A DNA stretch of 64,000 nucleotides from Eukaryota sp. GEM-RC1. Its lineage: Eukaryota. Positions 1 to 12,529 of the stretch are shown here, one piece after another. The stretch covers positions 682,001-746,000 of the forward strand of contig JAUFOQ010000004.1 of the NCBI GenBank assembly GCA_040285855.1. Direction: 5' to 3'. Every line of letters begins with the position of its first letter. Position 1 is the stretch's first letter. Both the position numbers and the translations under genes were made by a program. The notes beneath the pieces are model-generated. The model saw only the letters and a list, made by a program, of their open reading frames with translations. It made no database searches and was not told where the DNA came from.

Positions 1-1
1 C

Positions 2-290
2 AAACATACTGGGCATGTTGAGTACAAATTGTGTCCTTTTGCGATTTCAATTTATGGTCGACTTGGAAAAGATGATCTTTGTTTTCTCTCCGATTTTGAG
101 GAAGTTGTCAAAAAAAAGAAGGAGCAATGAATTGATTTTAAGTGTTGGACGAATCGTATTGACTTTACAAAATTTACAACAATTCCGATTCTGATTTCAA
201 AAGCTCTGACAGCTGTCGGTGGTTTTATACAGAAAAAGCTGTTGTCAACTTTAATGGCAATGAATTTTGCTTTAATGATATTGAGTTCTA
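2..290 (+). mobile_element. Degenerate 3' fragment (RLE endonuclease C-terminus) of a non-LTR retrotransposon
   Basis: Frame 2 reads ...YKLCPFAISIYGRLGKDDLCFLSDFEEVVKKK..*IDFKCWTNRI, paralleling FQPFAVSLYGNFG..F..LC..KKFN..W in the 49253-50263 ORF; contains an in-frame stop. Confidence 0.6.
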
Positions 291-361
291 GTTTTTGTAT
301 TTATCTTACTGTTTTTGTTCCATAAACAATACCAGTAATTTGGTAAAAAAATACAAACACA

Positions 362-428
362 ACATCCCATTAAGGTAAAACTCCCATTAAGGTCTCCCAA
401 AAGATTGCACTAATGGGAGGGTAGACTG
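362..428. mobile_element. Right end of a Tc1/mariner(pogo)-type MITE, same family as 25979-26824; no left end found in the window
   Basis: cccattaaggtaaaactcccattaaggtc..gcactaatgggagggtagactg followed by TA is nearly identical to 26761-26826. Confidence 0.8.
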
Positions 429-475
429 TAGTGAATTACAAAAAGAAAGCAGAAATAACAACACAAAATAAAATG

Positions 476-1111
476 CAGTGTTGCGCCATTGTTTGCCATA
501 CACGTATGGACTGCCATACGTCCATACGCCCATACGCGTATGGCATTTTCTGTTTTTGCCATACGCATTTTGACTACATGTATCTGTATTTGAACTTCTT
601 CGACACAGAGACTCTATGAGGTGTTTATAATTATGTAGATAAATATACTTTAGTGAAAATCAAACCTCCACATCATCCATCTCATTGGAAAAATTATCAC
701 CATCAGGATACCATCTCTGCATCCATTGCTGGATGTCTTTGATCTGAGTTCAATTGATTTGTATAGAAACCAGTTTTTGTGCGTTCCTTTTTAAGTCTGT
801 TTTTGTTATTATCTCACTCTTTTTAAAAAATAGTTCTACAAAGTGAAAAAAGTCTGTTTCATCGTTTGTTGTGAATTAAAGAATACGTACTCAAACTCTT
901 TCACTCGATTCTACAGAGCATACTTGTTCTACTAATTTGATGACAAATTGCAGTGTAAGAGATGGAATTTAAACAATTTGAAGTTAAGTGATGTTGGAAA
1001 GATTCTGCTAGATATGGCTTGTCGGCCATTGTCAGCCATTCTGCCATTCTACCATACGTCCATACGCCCATACGCGTATGGCAAATTTATTTTGGTTATG
1101 GCGCAACACTG
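476..1111. mobile_element. Non-autonomous hAT element (MITE)
   Basis: Perfect 14-bp TIR CAGTGTTGCGCCAT; 8-bp TSD ATAAAATG (468-475, 1112-1119); subterminal CCATACG/GCCAT repeats at both ends. Confidence 0.92.
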
Positions 1112-1171
1112 ATAAAATGTTGAAACATCCACCTAGACCAGACACCTCACCACTTTGCCTCAACTCATCCA

Positions 1172-1381
1172 ATGTCTTCCAATCCTCCCCAAACCCCTGA
1201 AGAACTATCAAATTTTGTACAATCTCTCTTACAACAAATGCAAAGTCGCTTCGAAACTATGTCAGACACTATTCTCAAACGCATTGATGAAATGGGATCT
1301 AGAATAGACGAACTCGAGACCGGCGTTACTCAGCTTTTAGACGAGACTGGTGTAGATGTTCACCAGAAACCTCCTCAATAA
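1172..1381 (+). CDS. HSBP1: Heat shock factor binding protein 1
   Basis: 69 aa; ELSNFVQSLLQQMQSRFETMSDTILKRIDEMGSRIDELE is the HSBP1 signature. Confidence 0.93.
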   Translation: MSSNPPQTPEELSNFVQSLLQQMQSRFETMSDTILKRIDEMGSRIDELETGVTQLLDETGVDVHQKPPQ

Positions 1382-1639
1382 GTCAAAAGGTTCATCCGTT
1401 CTTCTTGTATCTGTTGTTGTTCTGTATTTTTTGTATACACCGTTTTGCATCTCTTTTACTGATCTCATCGTCATTTGTAATAAAGTGATGTTGTTTGTAC
1501 TCTTTCCATTTTCTGTTCAAGGATGAAATCACATCTTACCAATTCCAACATCGTACTGTATATACCTATCTCGAGTTATGGAAGTTCAACAGAACTGCTT
1601 TCAGAAGATCAAAAAAACATGGCATAAAAGGTTTTTCAA

Positions 1640-1712
1640 TGCTCCAACAGAGATTCGAACTCTGGACCTTTCCCTTACTAAAGGAATGCTCTACCAACTG
1701 AGCCATTGGAGC
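1640..1712 (-). tRNA. tRNA-Thr(AGT)
   Basis: Reverse complement GCTCCAATGGCTCAGTTGGTAGAGCATTCCTTTAGTAAGGGAAAGGTCCAGAGTTCGAATCTCTGTTGGAGCA folds into a cloverleaf with A/B boxes and anticodon AGT. Confidence 0.95.
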
Positions 1713-2051
1713 ACATAAATACGGTACCGGTATAGTGTTGGCGAAAAAGATGGTAGCAGAAAAAGATGGGGAAATTGAACTACATGTATACTAACTAGTA
1801 AAAATCCACCATTATTTTTCCCACCATCCATTTCTTTGGGTCCTTTTTATGTCTATTAACTTTAATTAGTTTTAGATAAAGTTGTTTATAAATGTAACAT
1901 TAAAAAAGAAATGAAGAAAACACCTGACTGCATTATGGTGAAATTTTCATTTTGACCGAAAATATATGGTGGCGAAAAAAGATGGGGAAATTGTTCTTAA
2001 CACCTGAAAAATCACCGATTTTTTCGGCCCAAATTTTTGCGGAAGGTCTGA

Positions 2052-2164
2052 CCGTATTTGTATAAATATTGAGCTGAAGAAAGTTAGAATAGTTGGGACT
2101 TTTGAAAAGGTCCCAAGATTATTATCTCCCAACTTTCTTCAGCCCAACATTTTTACAAATACGG
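2052..2164. mobile_element. 113-bp Tc1/mariner-superfamily MITE with CCGTA termini
   Basis: About 34-bp imperfect TIR CCGTATTTGTAWAAATRTTGRGCTGAAGAAAGTT; right flank TA, left flank GA; internal hairpin. Confidence 0.8.
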
Positions 2165-2392
2165 TATGGTAACCTCAATTGTACCAGTAAAGTGTTCCAG
2201 TACATTTGTTGGAATAATCCAAGTAATTAAGTACATTGTTTGAATACGCATAAATCCCACGATACTGGATGAAATTTAGTACAGTTTGGACTCATGTCCT
2301 ACCATACTTGCATTAACTTACTATTAAGTACAAGTTCTGACGGACCTAGACTGTTTTCGAAATAATTTCTGACTCTTTCTCTTTTTTCTCAA

Positions 2393-3582
2393 ATGCATCA
2401 ACCTCTCGCCCCAGAAACTGTTGCACTTCACTCCGAAGGTCATGCTAACTGTAACAGTGCCCACGTTACACCCATCTTTGCTTCATCAACATTCACCTTC
2501 GACTCTCCCGAACAAGGTGGTGACCTTTTGCCGGCAAGCAATCTGGTTATATCTACTCCAGAATGACCAATCCAACTGTTGAAGCTGCTGAACGTCAACT
2601 TGCTGCTATTGAAGGAGCTGAAGGTGGTGCTCTTCTATTCTCTTCTGGAATGGCCGCTGTCCATGCCGTTCTCATGCATAAACTCAGCAAAGGTGACCAC
2701 ATTGTTGCCGGTAACTGCTTGTATGGTTTGAGCTTCAAGTTCATCAAATCCCTACCTCGTTGGGGTATTGATGTCACCATTGTTGATACAACTGACATTG
2801 CTCAAGTTAAAGCTGCAATGAAAGAGAACACCAAAATCCTCTACATTGAAACCCCCGCTAACCCCACCTGTGCCGTCACTGACATTGCTGCTTGTGCTCA
2901 GATCAAGTCCCAATACGATTGCATCCTCATTTGCGACAACACCTTCCAATCTCCAGTGTTGTGCAAACCTATTGAGCTCGGAGCTGACATCTCCTTGTAC
3001 TCAACCACCAAGTCTATCAATGGTATGGGTACCTCAGTAGGAGGAGCTCTCACTGTTAAGGACGCTGCTCTCTGCAAGGAAATCAAGGCTTTCAGAAGTC
3101 TGACTGGTGGAAACACCTCCCCCTTCGACGCCTTCCTCGTCTCCAATGGTCTCAAGACTCTCCCCGTTAGAATCCGTCAAATGGCTGAGAATGGAATGAC
3201 AGTCGCCCGTTGGTTAGAAACTAATGATGATGTTAAGGTTGTCCATCATTGCGGCCTCCCTTCTCATCCTTCTTATGAACTTCAGCTCAAGCAGACCACT
3301 GCTTCTGCCTCGTGTTTTGCTTTTGAAACTTGTCATGGGTTTGAGTTTGCCAAGAACGTTCTCCGTAACGTTAAAGTGCTCTCTCTAGCAGTTTCATTAG
3401 GTACTTGTGATAGTTTGGTTCAACACCCAGCTAGTATGACTCATTTGTCAGTTCCAGCTGAGGATAGAATCAAGGCTGGAATCACTGATACTTTGATTAG
3501 AATTTCTATTGGTCTTGAACATCCCCAGGATATTATTAACGATTTAGATCAGGCTTTTAAGGCTGCTAAGGCTTTGTTGTAG
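2393..3582 (+). CDS. mgl: Methionine gamma-lyase (PLP-dependent Cys/Met metabolism family); one frameshift near 2527
   Basis: ATG at 2393 gives MHQPLAPETVALH...PIFASSTFTFDS; adding one T at 2526-2529 joins it to YIYSRMTNPT. Motifs SSGMAA, ETPANPT, DNTF, STTK (PLP lysine) and SLAVSLG..SLVQHPASMTH. Confidence 0.88.
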
Positions 3583-5203
3583 AAGCCTTGGTTGTTACTT
3601 AGTTACTTACGGATATAGTTTTGATATCTAAGTTAAATACAGAATAAATTACGATATTACAGCACTATTTTACGAATAAACGTTTTTAGTATTTGTGCTA
3701 TCTGAATAATTTACCACTAATTTGGCTGAATTACTTGATAATCGATGTGAAGCAATGCAATGTTATGTTCCAACGTATTTTTGTGATTGTACGTCATTTG
3801 TGAAAGACTCATTGATGACCTACTAATTATAATCCTTGAATCAGATAATTTAAAAAACCTTGTAAACATTTGACCATCATGTGAAAGTAGATCGTTTCCT
3901 TCAACAATTTTGAAAATGCGATTCAGTTATCAGCCTTATCAATTTTCCCAACATTGCGGTTATTTAATGTATATTATTAAAACAAAAGGGTTAATGATCA
4001 ATCATCTTTTAAAAAATAACCTTTTTTAAACTCATACAATTAAAATCATAGTAGAACGTTAACAATTCTTCCTCCGAGTGTATAGTACACATTCTAGCAA
4101 GTCTATCTGTCTAGCACCCGACAACAATTGGAATCTGTTGTACGGTACCTCACTTTAAACCAGAGAAGTATCCTTTGAATCGTCTTCAATTATTTTTAAT
4201 CTGAATCTGAATTTAAGTAGAATCATTCTGAAAAGAAATGACAGTTATCCTGACAGCGATATACATATTAAATTTAAATAATGTATCAACGACGAAAGTT
4301 CAATGTAAGGCTTTATTGTTAATCATGAGAGGTAAATCCTTTGGTGGAATTATATCGATTGGTTTACTAAATAAAAACGACAATACTATCGGACTTAGAC
4401 CATCTGATTAAATAAAGAAGATTGGAATTAAGTCATAACTTATATATTCACAATCGATCTTTTTCCAATAATTTAAAATCAATTTTGAATAATTTGAATA
4501 ATTTGAATAAAGGCTAGGTTAAGGCCAATAAACTTCTGACTTGCGTTCAAGATCACATCTCCTTCTTCAAAGGAGGGAGCGTCTTCCAATAGTTGCCATC
4601 AACTTTACCTGAGATCATATCAGACAAGGGTGGAGGGTAGAAGTCAATGGAGGGCAGGTAATCGAGGAAATCATAGCAAGGATCATTATCAAAGTCAAGA
4701 TCATCAGAGATCGTAGGGGACTGTGTTGTTTTGGTAGAAGAAGAAATATCTTTTGAACAGTCTGAATTAACAAGTGTTGAATTCATTGTTGGAAGAATTT
4801 CTTGCAGTGAATTGAACTTTGCTTCTACATGTCACTGCAGGTAGTTTAGTAATAGTTATATAGTTCTTCTACTACGTACTGTAGTAGTAAACATGATGCC
4901 CATTTGTTTAGCAAATATTGAATCTCTCTATGTGATAACGATTCAAATGTCACTATTACTGCTGCAATTTGAGACGGTGTCTTTTAAAAGCAGAAAAATT
5001 TGAATATTATATCCAATAATTCAAGAAATATTAATATTTAAAAGCATCTTACACGACACTATCGACATCAATAAAACTATGGAAAGTGAAAACTCTCAGT
5101 ACCAAACAATTGCACACATTGATCAACAGAATAGAAACTGTCAAAAGAAAGAACACCTTTCCAACAACTATAAGACTAAAATCCCAATCGCAATAACAAT
5201 AAA

Positions 5204-6013
5204 CTACCTAAACTTAGACACAAACTCCTCTTCGACTTCATGCCTATCTGGAGCAGCAACTACAAGAGAATGCAGGGGACCTCCAAAATCAAAGTCAATC
5301 AAATCACGTACTGATCCTGCCTTTATGACCTGGTCACGAGATCCAATACGAGCTACACCAACAAACAAAGTACAAGGAGTAACAACTTCAAGACTATGAA
5401 TGTTTTCCAATTCTTCTAATTGCTCCAGTGCTTGATTGACTGTCATGAAACGTGGAGGTTCGTATTCCTTCTTTCTTCCTCCAGAACATAGAGATGCTAG
5501 GGTTGGCTCCTTGACTTTGATGTCTAAGAGACAGAGGGTATGAAGACCAGCAGCACTGTTTTGTAGAATACGTTTGTAGAACGAGTCTGGCTTCCAGGAT
5601 TCTGTAAAGAAAGGGATGGTAACAGTGTGACCGAAGCGGTAGATATCTAGACCACAAGCAGCGATTGCAGAGATTATAGAAGCATTGTGGAAGACTTCCA
5701 CTTCGATACCAATGTTTTGGGCACGGAGAACAATGTCATGATGAGTTGTAGCACAGAAAGGATCTCCAACGACTAGGAAGGCAACATTAGAGTCTTTTGC
5801 ACCGTTGATGATACGGTTATCGTCACCCTCTACCATTTCACGATCAGCAATGACTAGTGGGACACCGTAAAAGGATTCTAAGCTTTCACAGTCATCAACA
5901 AGAATAGATGTATAAGCATCAAGATAAACACAAGAACAAGTCTTCACAGCTTCATAAGCACGAACAGTGATGTCCTTTTCGTTACCAAGGCCAAGACCAA
6001 TAACAAACAGCAT
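5204..6013 (-). CDS. DPH5: Diphthine methyl ester synthase
   Basis: MLFVIGLGLG..DIT, FLVVGDPFCATTH, GLHTLCLLDIKVKE, PPRFM, DFGGPLHSL. Confidence 0.97.
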   Translation of the reverse strand: MLFVIGLGLGNEKDITVRAYEAVKTCSCVYLDAYTSILVDDCESLESFYGVPLVIADREMVEGDDNRIINGAKDSNVAFLVVGDPFCATTHHDIVLRAQNIGIEVEVFHNASIISAIAACGLDIYRFGHTVTIPFFTESWKPDSFYKRILQNSAAGLHTLCLLDIKVKEPTLASLCSGGRKKEYEPPRFMTVNQALEQLEELENIHSLEVVTPCTLFVGVARIGSRDQVIKAGSVRDLIDFDFGGPLHSLVVAAPDRHEVEEEFVSKFR

Positions 6014-6034
6014 ATTTAATCTCTGAGTTCAAAT

Positions 6035-7424
6035 CTCTCCTTCAATGTCACTCACATCCACCTCTCCCAACACTCTCTCTACACTCCAGTCCAACACTCC
6101 AGTCTCCATGATCAAACCATTATCTTTAATGATGAGTCCTTCTCTGTCATTAAGTCAGTCCTTGCTTCCAACTCTCAGTACTTCTTCTCTCTTTGGTTTA
6201 TGGAGTTTGGAGATCGCTTCGAGAACCCTGTGGACTTCTCTCATTTGCCCTTATCATCAGAGTCTTTCTCCGCCTTCATCTCTTCCTTCTTTGGTCACTC
6301 CATTGACCTCACTTCTTCTAACGTCTATGACGTTTTCTACCTCGCCACTTACTTCCAGTGTCATCATCTTAAAACTACTCTTATGGAGATTCTTCCTTCA
6401 AAAATGACCAATTGGGACTGGTGCAGTAAGTTCCTGATAAAGTGCATTGAACAAGAAGACTTGAGAGGATTAAAATTTGTTGGAGATTTTCTTTCAGAAA
6501 TTGACAATATTGGTCAAAAATCTGAATTTGTCTTCCCCTTTGTCTTTCTTCAAAGTTTACTTGAATTTTGCACTTCTTCAAGTTCTTTCAAATGGTTTTT
6601 AAAGTCACTTGTGGCTTCAGTTAAGTCAGAAACTATAAATTCTGAAGAATTATCTGAAATTCTGACCCTTGTTGACGTTAACCTGTTGACTTTTAAAGAC
6701 TGGGATGAGCTGTTTTTAAATCCTCTTGAGAATATTTCAAATTTGGAAGAATTTTTGATGAAGTTTCACTTCAAACAATTACGTCCGATATTTTTTGAGT
6801 CAATAATTTCTGAAAATTTGACGTTAAAAGAACAATTAGTTGAAGCAACTGAATTAATTAAGGAAAAAGATGATGAAATATTTAAATTGAAGGAAATTGT
6901 TGAAAAACTAGATGAATGTACAAAACATGTTGAATCTTCAGTTGTGAGTTTTTCTTCTAGTCTTAAACATCAAAATTTAAATATTTCAAATGAAGGAAAA
7001 ACTGTTACTCACAATGGTCCAAATAACTGGCACAACGTTCTTTCCAGAAACTCCTCTTCTTACAGGAAATGTCTATAAAGTTAGGGCTAGGAATGGCACT
7101 CCTTCGTCTGTTAGTAATGCTCTAATGATTGGAATTATTCCTAGAAAAGAGTTTGATTATATTGATGGTGTTTGGGAAGGGTCAAATGCTCATTGTTTCT
7201 ACAGTTATGACAATAACTTTTGTACTCCAGAATCACCTAATGGAAAATGGCTCCCAAATGAAATCATTGAAATCACAATTAATCTTGTGAATAATTCAAT
7301 AACTGTTACAAAAGAGTCAGACCCTGGATTTAATTGTACAAGAGAAATTAGTTCTTCAAATAATGATAACTACCATCTTGTTGGGTGTTTGGTCTATCAA
7401 AATTCTGTTCTTGAATTGTTGTAG
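6035..7424 (+). CDS. BTB/POZ + coiled-coil + SPRY/B30.2-like protein, copy 1 (lacks the ATG of copy 2; +1 frameshift near 7045; may be a pseudogene)
   Basis: HDQTIIF...KSVLASNSQYFFSLW..EFGD BTB-like start; C-terminal ISNEGKTVTH..NVLSE..LMIGII..EIIEITINL SPRY-like domain; near-identical to 26851-28247. Confidence 0.7.
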
Positions 7425-7829
7425 CTTCACTTTCTAATAAACTTAGTACACAATACTTTAACTTTGTTCACTTTTTTCTTAGTGATCATTTACAACTACT
7501 AGGGATACGCCAATTTACAAAACAATTCCCCTAATCATCTGCGAAGCTTTATTAGCGGTAAGTTTCTTTTATGAAGACAAAGCTGTTGTAAGATTTGATA
7601 GCGACGGGTGGTGTTGTTTTAATAGTCACTAATAACTGTTCCAAAATTGAAAAATGAATCCCTAATTCAATCACAACTCTGAGTCTTTCTTATTTTGAAT
7701 ACCACGACACCATAGAATTTTGGTTCAATGTGGAAAGAGCGAAGTCAATGACGTCAGCACTGTTGGGTGAGATATCAACTTTGGAACACGGACGCTTAAA
7801 AAGACGATCTTTCTAATGAGTCATTTCGC

Positions 7830-8472
7830 CAGGGGCTATCAAAATTGAATTGGACTTCCAATTATTGCCAATAAATTATTGCAATAATTGATTGGTACCA
7901 CTTACAGAATTGCCAATTAATTAAGTCCATATCGAGCGCATTACTAGACTCGTTTTTATTGTAAAACACAACAAATATTGTATACAATATCAAGAATGAC
8001 AAATTAGCCTTTCTTTACAATCACAATCATCAAACTTCTTCATCAAAACTTGGCACCTTTGACTTCTTCTATATCCTCTAATTGGACAATAAGCGATGAC
8101 AGAAAACATCTCTGTTTACGATTGTTTCCACTGCTCGGAGCGTAATCATTTTCATCTCGGAAGAGTAGCTCGTATAAATGCAAGTGCTTAAATTCTTGAA
8201 GTGTAACATGGATCTTTGGGATATATTGTGGTTGCATTTCGCAATGTTTGAATTAATCACTGGTCTGTGGAAGACAACATGATTGATAATCATTTTCTGT
8301 AAAATGTGATCACTCACATTCTCGTTTCCTCAAATTTTGTAGTTTTTGGTGAGTTTCTAATATATTTATATAAATTGGTTAATTGTCTTCAATTAATTGC
8401 AATTATTGCAATTATTGATTGGTACATCTTTTGATGACCAATTAATTGCCAATTCAATTTTGACAGCCCCTG
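7830..8472. mobile_element. Non-autonomous hAT element, same family as 20691-21356 in opposite orientation
   Basis: TIR CAGGGGCTRTCAAAATTGAATTGG; degenerate TSD CATTTCGC/AGTTTCGC; ATTGCAAT/AATTG subterminal repeats. Confidence 0.88.
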
Positions 8473-11438
8473 AGTTTCGCTAAAGGACTCAGTAGAAAAG
8501 CAAAAACGAATCGCTAGACACTACTTCGAGGATCTGGGTTTTGTGAGTAATAAAACTCATCCAGCTGCAAGATGCACCTCAAGTTTCTTTTTGATCTTAA
8601 AACATGGTTAGGATCTGGTTTTAAAAAAACCAAAATGTGGTAATAATTTGTGAGTATTATTGATCATCTTGAAATGGCTGAACTCTGCTGTGAAGAAATC
8701 ATACTGACATTAAATATTCTACGTTTAAAAAAAAAGTAAGTATTTGTTTCATTGCAATTTTCAGAGTTGGTAACATTGATGTTTACAAGTGTACAATGAT
8801 ATTAACATAAGTTGTCGTTTTTATGGGAAGGGTTCTACAGGTTCTTTAAAGAATGGCTTGTTTTATGCTTGCAATTTACAAAAGCCTTCCGAAGTACCAA
8901 GTTCCGTCTATTCTAAGTTTAGGGAGTGCTGACGTGGAGAATTTGGCTTCTTCTATTATTTGATTTGGTGTTTATTAATCAATTGTCTCAAGAAAACCAA
9001 AAATTACGAATTATCATGTTCACAGAAATTTACGTACATTGTATGTAATCATGTATGTACCTTAAATTAATAACTAGACTTCAGGTTAATTCCAGTAATC
9101 ATACAATTATAAAGGTCTTAAACATGATGAATTTCTCCGCACTTTTACTGGTCTCAGTGATGTCAGAATTTGAGTGCAATGATTAATGTTGAACGCATTT
9201 GATTTTCTGAAAGAGGAATCATTTTTACGGTATTTATTCATTAATTATTGGCATATATTATTGCTAACGAATGATTTGAAATCTGTTTATAGTCAGTGGC
9301 AAGTGAAACTACTTAAAAAGGAAAGTGATTACAGTTGACTGGAAACTTCGACACGTCACTTAGCACAATCTCTCCAGTACTTTACTCGGTCGTGTGCTCT
9401 GAACTCGCTGCTTATACCTTCAGCAGTTCACCAGAATCGGTCTGATATTCCTCACGTTACCGAAGTCTGGCATGAAGCTTCTTTGCTTCTTCATTCTTTC
9501 CCTGTCACTTTCCCTATAGCGGCCAGAGCTATTGCGGAACAGGATGTCTGGTATCTCTTTATGACCGTCATCAACAAAAGTAGCTTTCCTGCTCCTCAAA
9601 CTTCGAAAGGACAAAGGCTTTTGTTAAATGTCTTCTATGATGGTTTTCTTCCAGAGTTCCTCCTTTTGGTGCACCAAAACTTTTTGATTTCTGAGTGGAA
9701 TTCTGATCTACTCACTTATGGGTTACTCCTCCACAATTTCTTGAACTCATGGCTAGCCACACAAACATTTGATGTGGTAAATAGTCCTAATCTATCACAG
9801 TTTAAGATAGATCTAGAAAAACCAAGATAGAAAGTTGGCACGACTACCTCCGTCGATATATACTAACATGGCCAACATGTCCACCTTAACTTCGAACTTA
9901 ATAGCATTCAACTATACTGCTCTGAAACACGGGACATTTTTACAAATTTGCTCACAATAAATACTACAAATAGTTACGAACGATTCTGTATTTTGAACCA
10001 GGATCTAAAGATATTTTTGAGTAATTCCTCACATGAAGAATTTAGTAGGAGGGTGATAAAACAAACTATGTGAAGCTTGTCCCAATTTCAAATGAAACTA
10101 AACATCAACTTCGAAAGAACAGAATTCTCTCCGGATAAAGAAGAAGATCCACCATAAACGGGATGGACAAGGCATGAGATACATATTATGTGAAATTGCA
10201 ATAATAGTAAAGTATCATCAACTTCATTGGAACAAAAAAATGAATAAATTGAAAATAGTGAAGTTCTAAATGGTGAAAAATTTCTCCTCCCATCACATAG
10301 AACTACACTCAATAACAAACCTTAAATGTAACATAAAGATAATCCTCGGGTGGTTCTAGAAATAGGAAGGTGTAGTAATCAGAACCCAGTGATCACAATA
10401 GCTAAAGAAAGGATCAACTGTGACAAATAATTGAGCTTGATTGAGATCTGATTGAGAATTAGTGATGGAGTAAAATTTGGTCCAAAACAGCTTTCTTACT
10501 GAAGAAAGAAAGAAAGAGAATATGAAGATAACCAAAGTCAAGAAGAGATTAAGAAGAGAACACCTATTAAGAAGATTATGAACAGGAAGTGACGTGTGGA
10601 AGGGAAGTATACGGAGTGACAATGATATTAAGGAAGGAAGGAGAGAATGGCCAACTTGAATTAAGTTAGTAGATATCTTCCTGTGAAACGACAGCCATAA
10701 CTACTAAGTGTGCCATTCGGCCATGTGTGTATGGCAAGTTCTGCCATAAATTGGGGCCGTTTCTGTTTCCAAGAGTCACATCCACGTCCATGGAAATTTC
10801 AACCAAAAAACATTCCAAAAAAGAATTTCTGGTACTTCACCTAGGAGTTGATAATCCTGTAAACAAGACAATTGATTACGAAAGAAATTTGACTTTGAGA
10901 AATTTGACTTTGGCCGTATGAAACAAATAGATGAGGGAATACGAAATTAAGTTGATTGTGCAAAATCTGTTCAATCTTCAATTATGAGTTTTTCTTCCAG
11001 CATTTAAACTAGGGCTCCCAATTGACCCGGGTGGGATCACCCCACCCTCAATATTTGAGAATCACCCCGGTATTTGACAGCAATGCTTTTTTCTTCTTTT
11101 CATCAAGAACATCCTACAGTATTGCTTCTGATCATGAAGACCAAGTATGAAGATGATCCGGTTTTTGGTGATAACAGAAGAGTGTCCAAATCCGATTACA
11201 ATTTATGAATTATTCGCAACTTTCCACAACAACATGAGCCAGTTTTGACATTGTAACAGTCAGCTCATCACAGTTTTACAGTTTTATCATGTCAGGAAGT
11301 GCTTTGATGAAGGAAACTGAATTTTTGTGAGATTTCTTTTAACTTGATCCATTTACATTTGGCACATTATGTCTAAAATTGTACACTATTGAAACAACAG
11401 TATAGGTTTGGTGAATAATACGCCTGACTACTTTCAAC

Positions 11439-12389
11439 CATACCTAGGAAATACAGATACACTGTATCCTGTATTTGTATCTGTATCCTGTATTTGTATC
11501 TGTATCCTAACATTGATTTGTATCGTGTATTCTGTATTTTGTGTATTTTCTTCAAACCCTTCAATTGAAACTGACAAAGACGCTCCCACCAGTCTACTGT
11601 AATAATAAACAGCGTCCACAAATTTGCTTCAAGGATCAAAAGACATCAGATGTGTATCCAACTCGAAATTGTTAGATGGGCACACACAATAGCATTTGTT
11701 TTTTCATTATTCCTCAATGTATGTATGTTCTTTCCAATAATCTCTCTGATGTTAAAACACCATCTTCTTTCGGTGTACCGAAGAATATCTTAAAGAAGGA
11801 GGAAAACACCATTATAAAGGGAAAAGAAGTTTTTCGAATAACAGTCACACTGATGATAACTGAGTTTTGAAGTAATTTACATCCTTAGACTTTAACTGAC
11901 GTAAAAATAGTTATATATGAGATAACTTAGGGTAGAACGGGAACTAAATGATTTTTATAACTGAAATATGAGGACTTCAGGGTTGTACCAACATATGTTT
12001 AACTAATCGAGAGAAATAGAAATGCATATTCCTATAAATGGAAAACACAAGAACCTTTTTCCTCTCAGACTTTCGAAACTTACACTTCTTTTCTTTACAC
12101 AGTTTTTCAAAATCCTTGTAAAATTGTTCACCAGCAAGACTAATCGATCCAAAAAGCGAAACAGCAAAAGGTTGGAACACAAATTTGATACATGTGATCC
12201 AATATATGTTTAACTGTGTGTATATAAATTACCAACTTGTCTAACAACAATCAGAAGTACAATGCCAAGTCAACAGAAGAATCTTATGACCAATGATGTC
12301 TTGGTATTTATATCTGTATTTTTGTATCGTATCTGTATTCTGTATTTGTATCTGTATTTGGAAATGTGTTCGTGTATTTCCTAGGTATG
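11439..12389. mobile_element. Non-autonomous hAT element carrying a retrotransposon fragment
   Basis: Perfect 16-bp TIR CATACCTAGGAAATAC; TSD CTTTCAAC (11431-11438, 12390-12397); TGTATC/TGTATT subterminal arrays. Confidence 0.93.
11977..12200 (-). mobile_element. 3' RLE fragment of non-LTR retrotransposon nested in a hAT MITE
   Basis: FQPFAVSLFGSISLAGEQFYKDFEKLCKEKK...VFSIYRNM..YF aligns with the C-terminus of the 49253-50263 ORF. Confidence 0.75.
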
Positions 12390-12446
12390 CTTTCAACTGC
12401 AAAACTATACAATGTCATCTATATCAGCTTATGAAACGCATCTAAG

Positions 12447-12529
12447 CGGATCTTAGCTCAGTTGGTAGAGCATTCGACTGTAGATTAGTAGTAATCGAAA
12501 TGTCCTGGGTTCAATTCCCAGAGGTCCGA
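12447..12529 (+). tRNA. tRNA-Tyr(GTA) with a 10-nt canonical intron (12484-12493)
   Basis: Acceptor stem CGGATCT/AGGTCCG; D-arm AGCTCAGTTGGTAGAGC; anticodon stem TTCGA/TCGAA with GTA; T-arm CTGGG-TTCAATT-CCCAG; T5 run downstream. Confidence 0.93.

Noticed and set aside
1733..2045. hAT-like end TAGTGTTGGCGAAAAAGATGG with repeated AAAAAGATGG
   Set aside because: No matching opposite TIR or TSD found; at most a remnant
6045..6407. 120-aa Ser/Leu-rich alternative-frame ORF conserved at 27863-28225
   Set aside because: Shadow frame of recently duplicated BTB genes; conservation is explained by nucleotide identity
9124..9210. TGATGA...CTGA pairs suggesting C/D snoRNAs (also near 14472 and 45945)
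   Set aside because: No terminal stems or recognisable rRNA guide sequences
11010..11075. GC-rich TAGGGCTCCCAATTGACCCGGG segment resembling a transposon end (also CAGGGATGGG at about 16774)
   Set aside because: Orphan ends without a partner TIR or TSD
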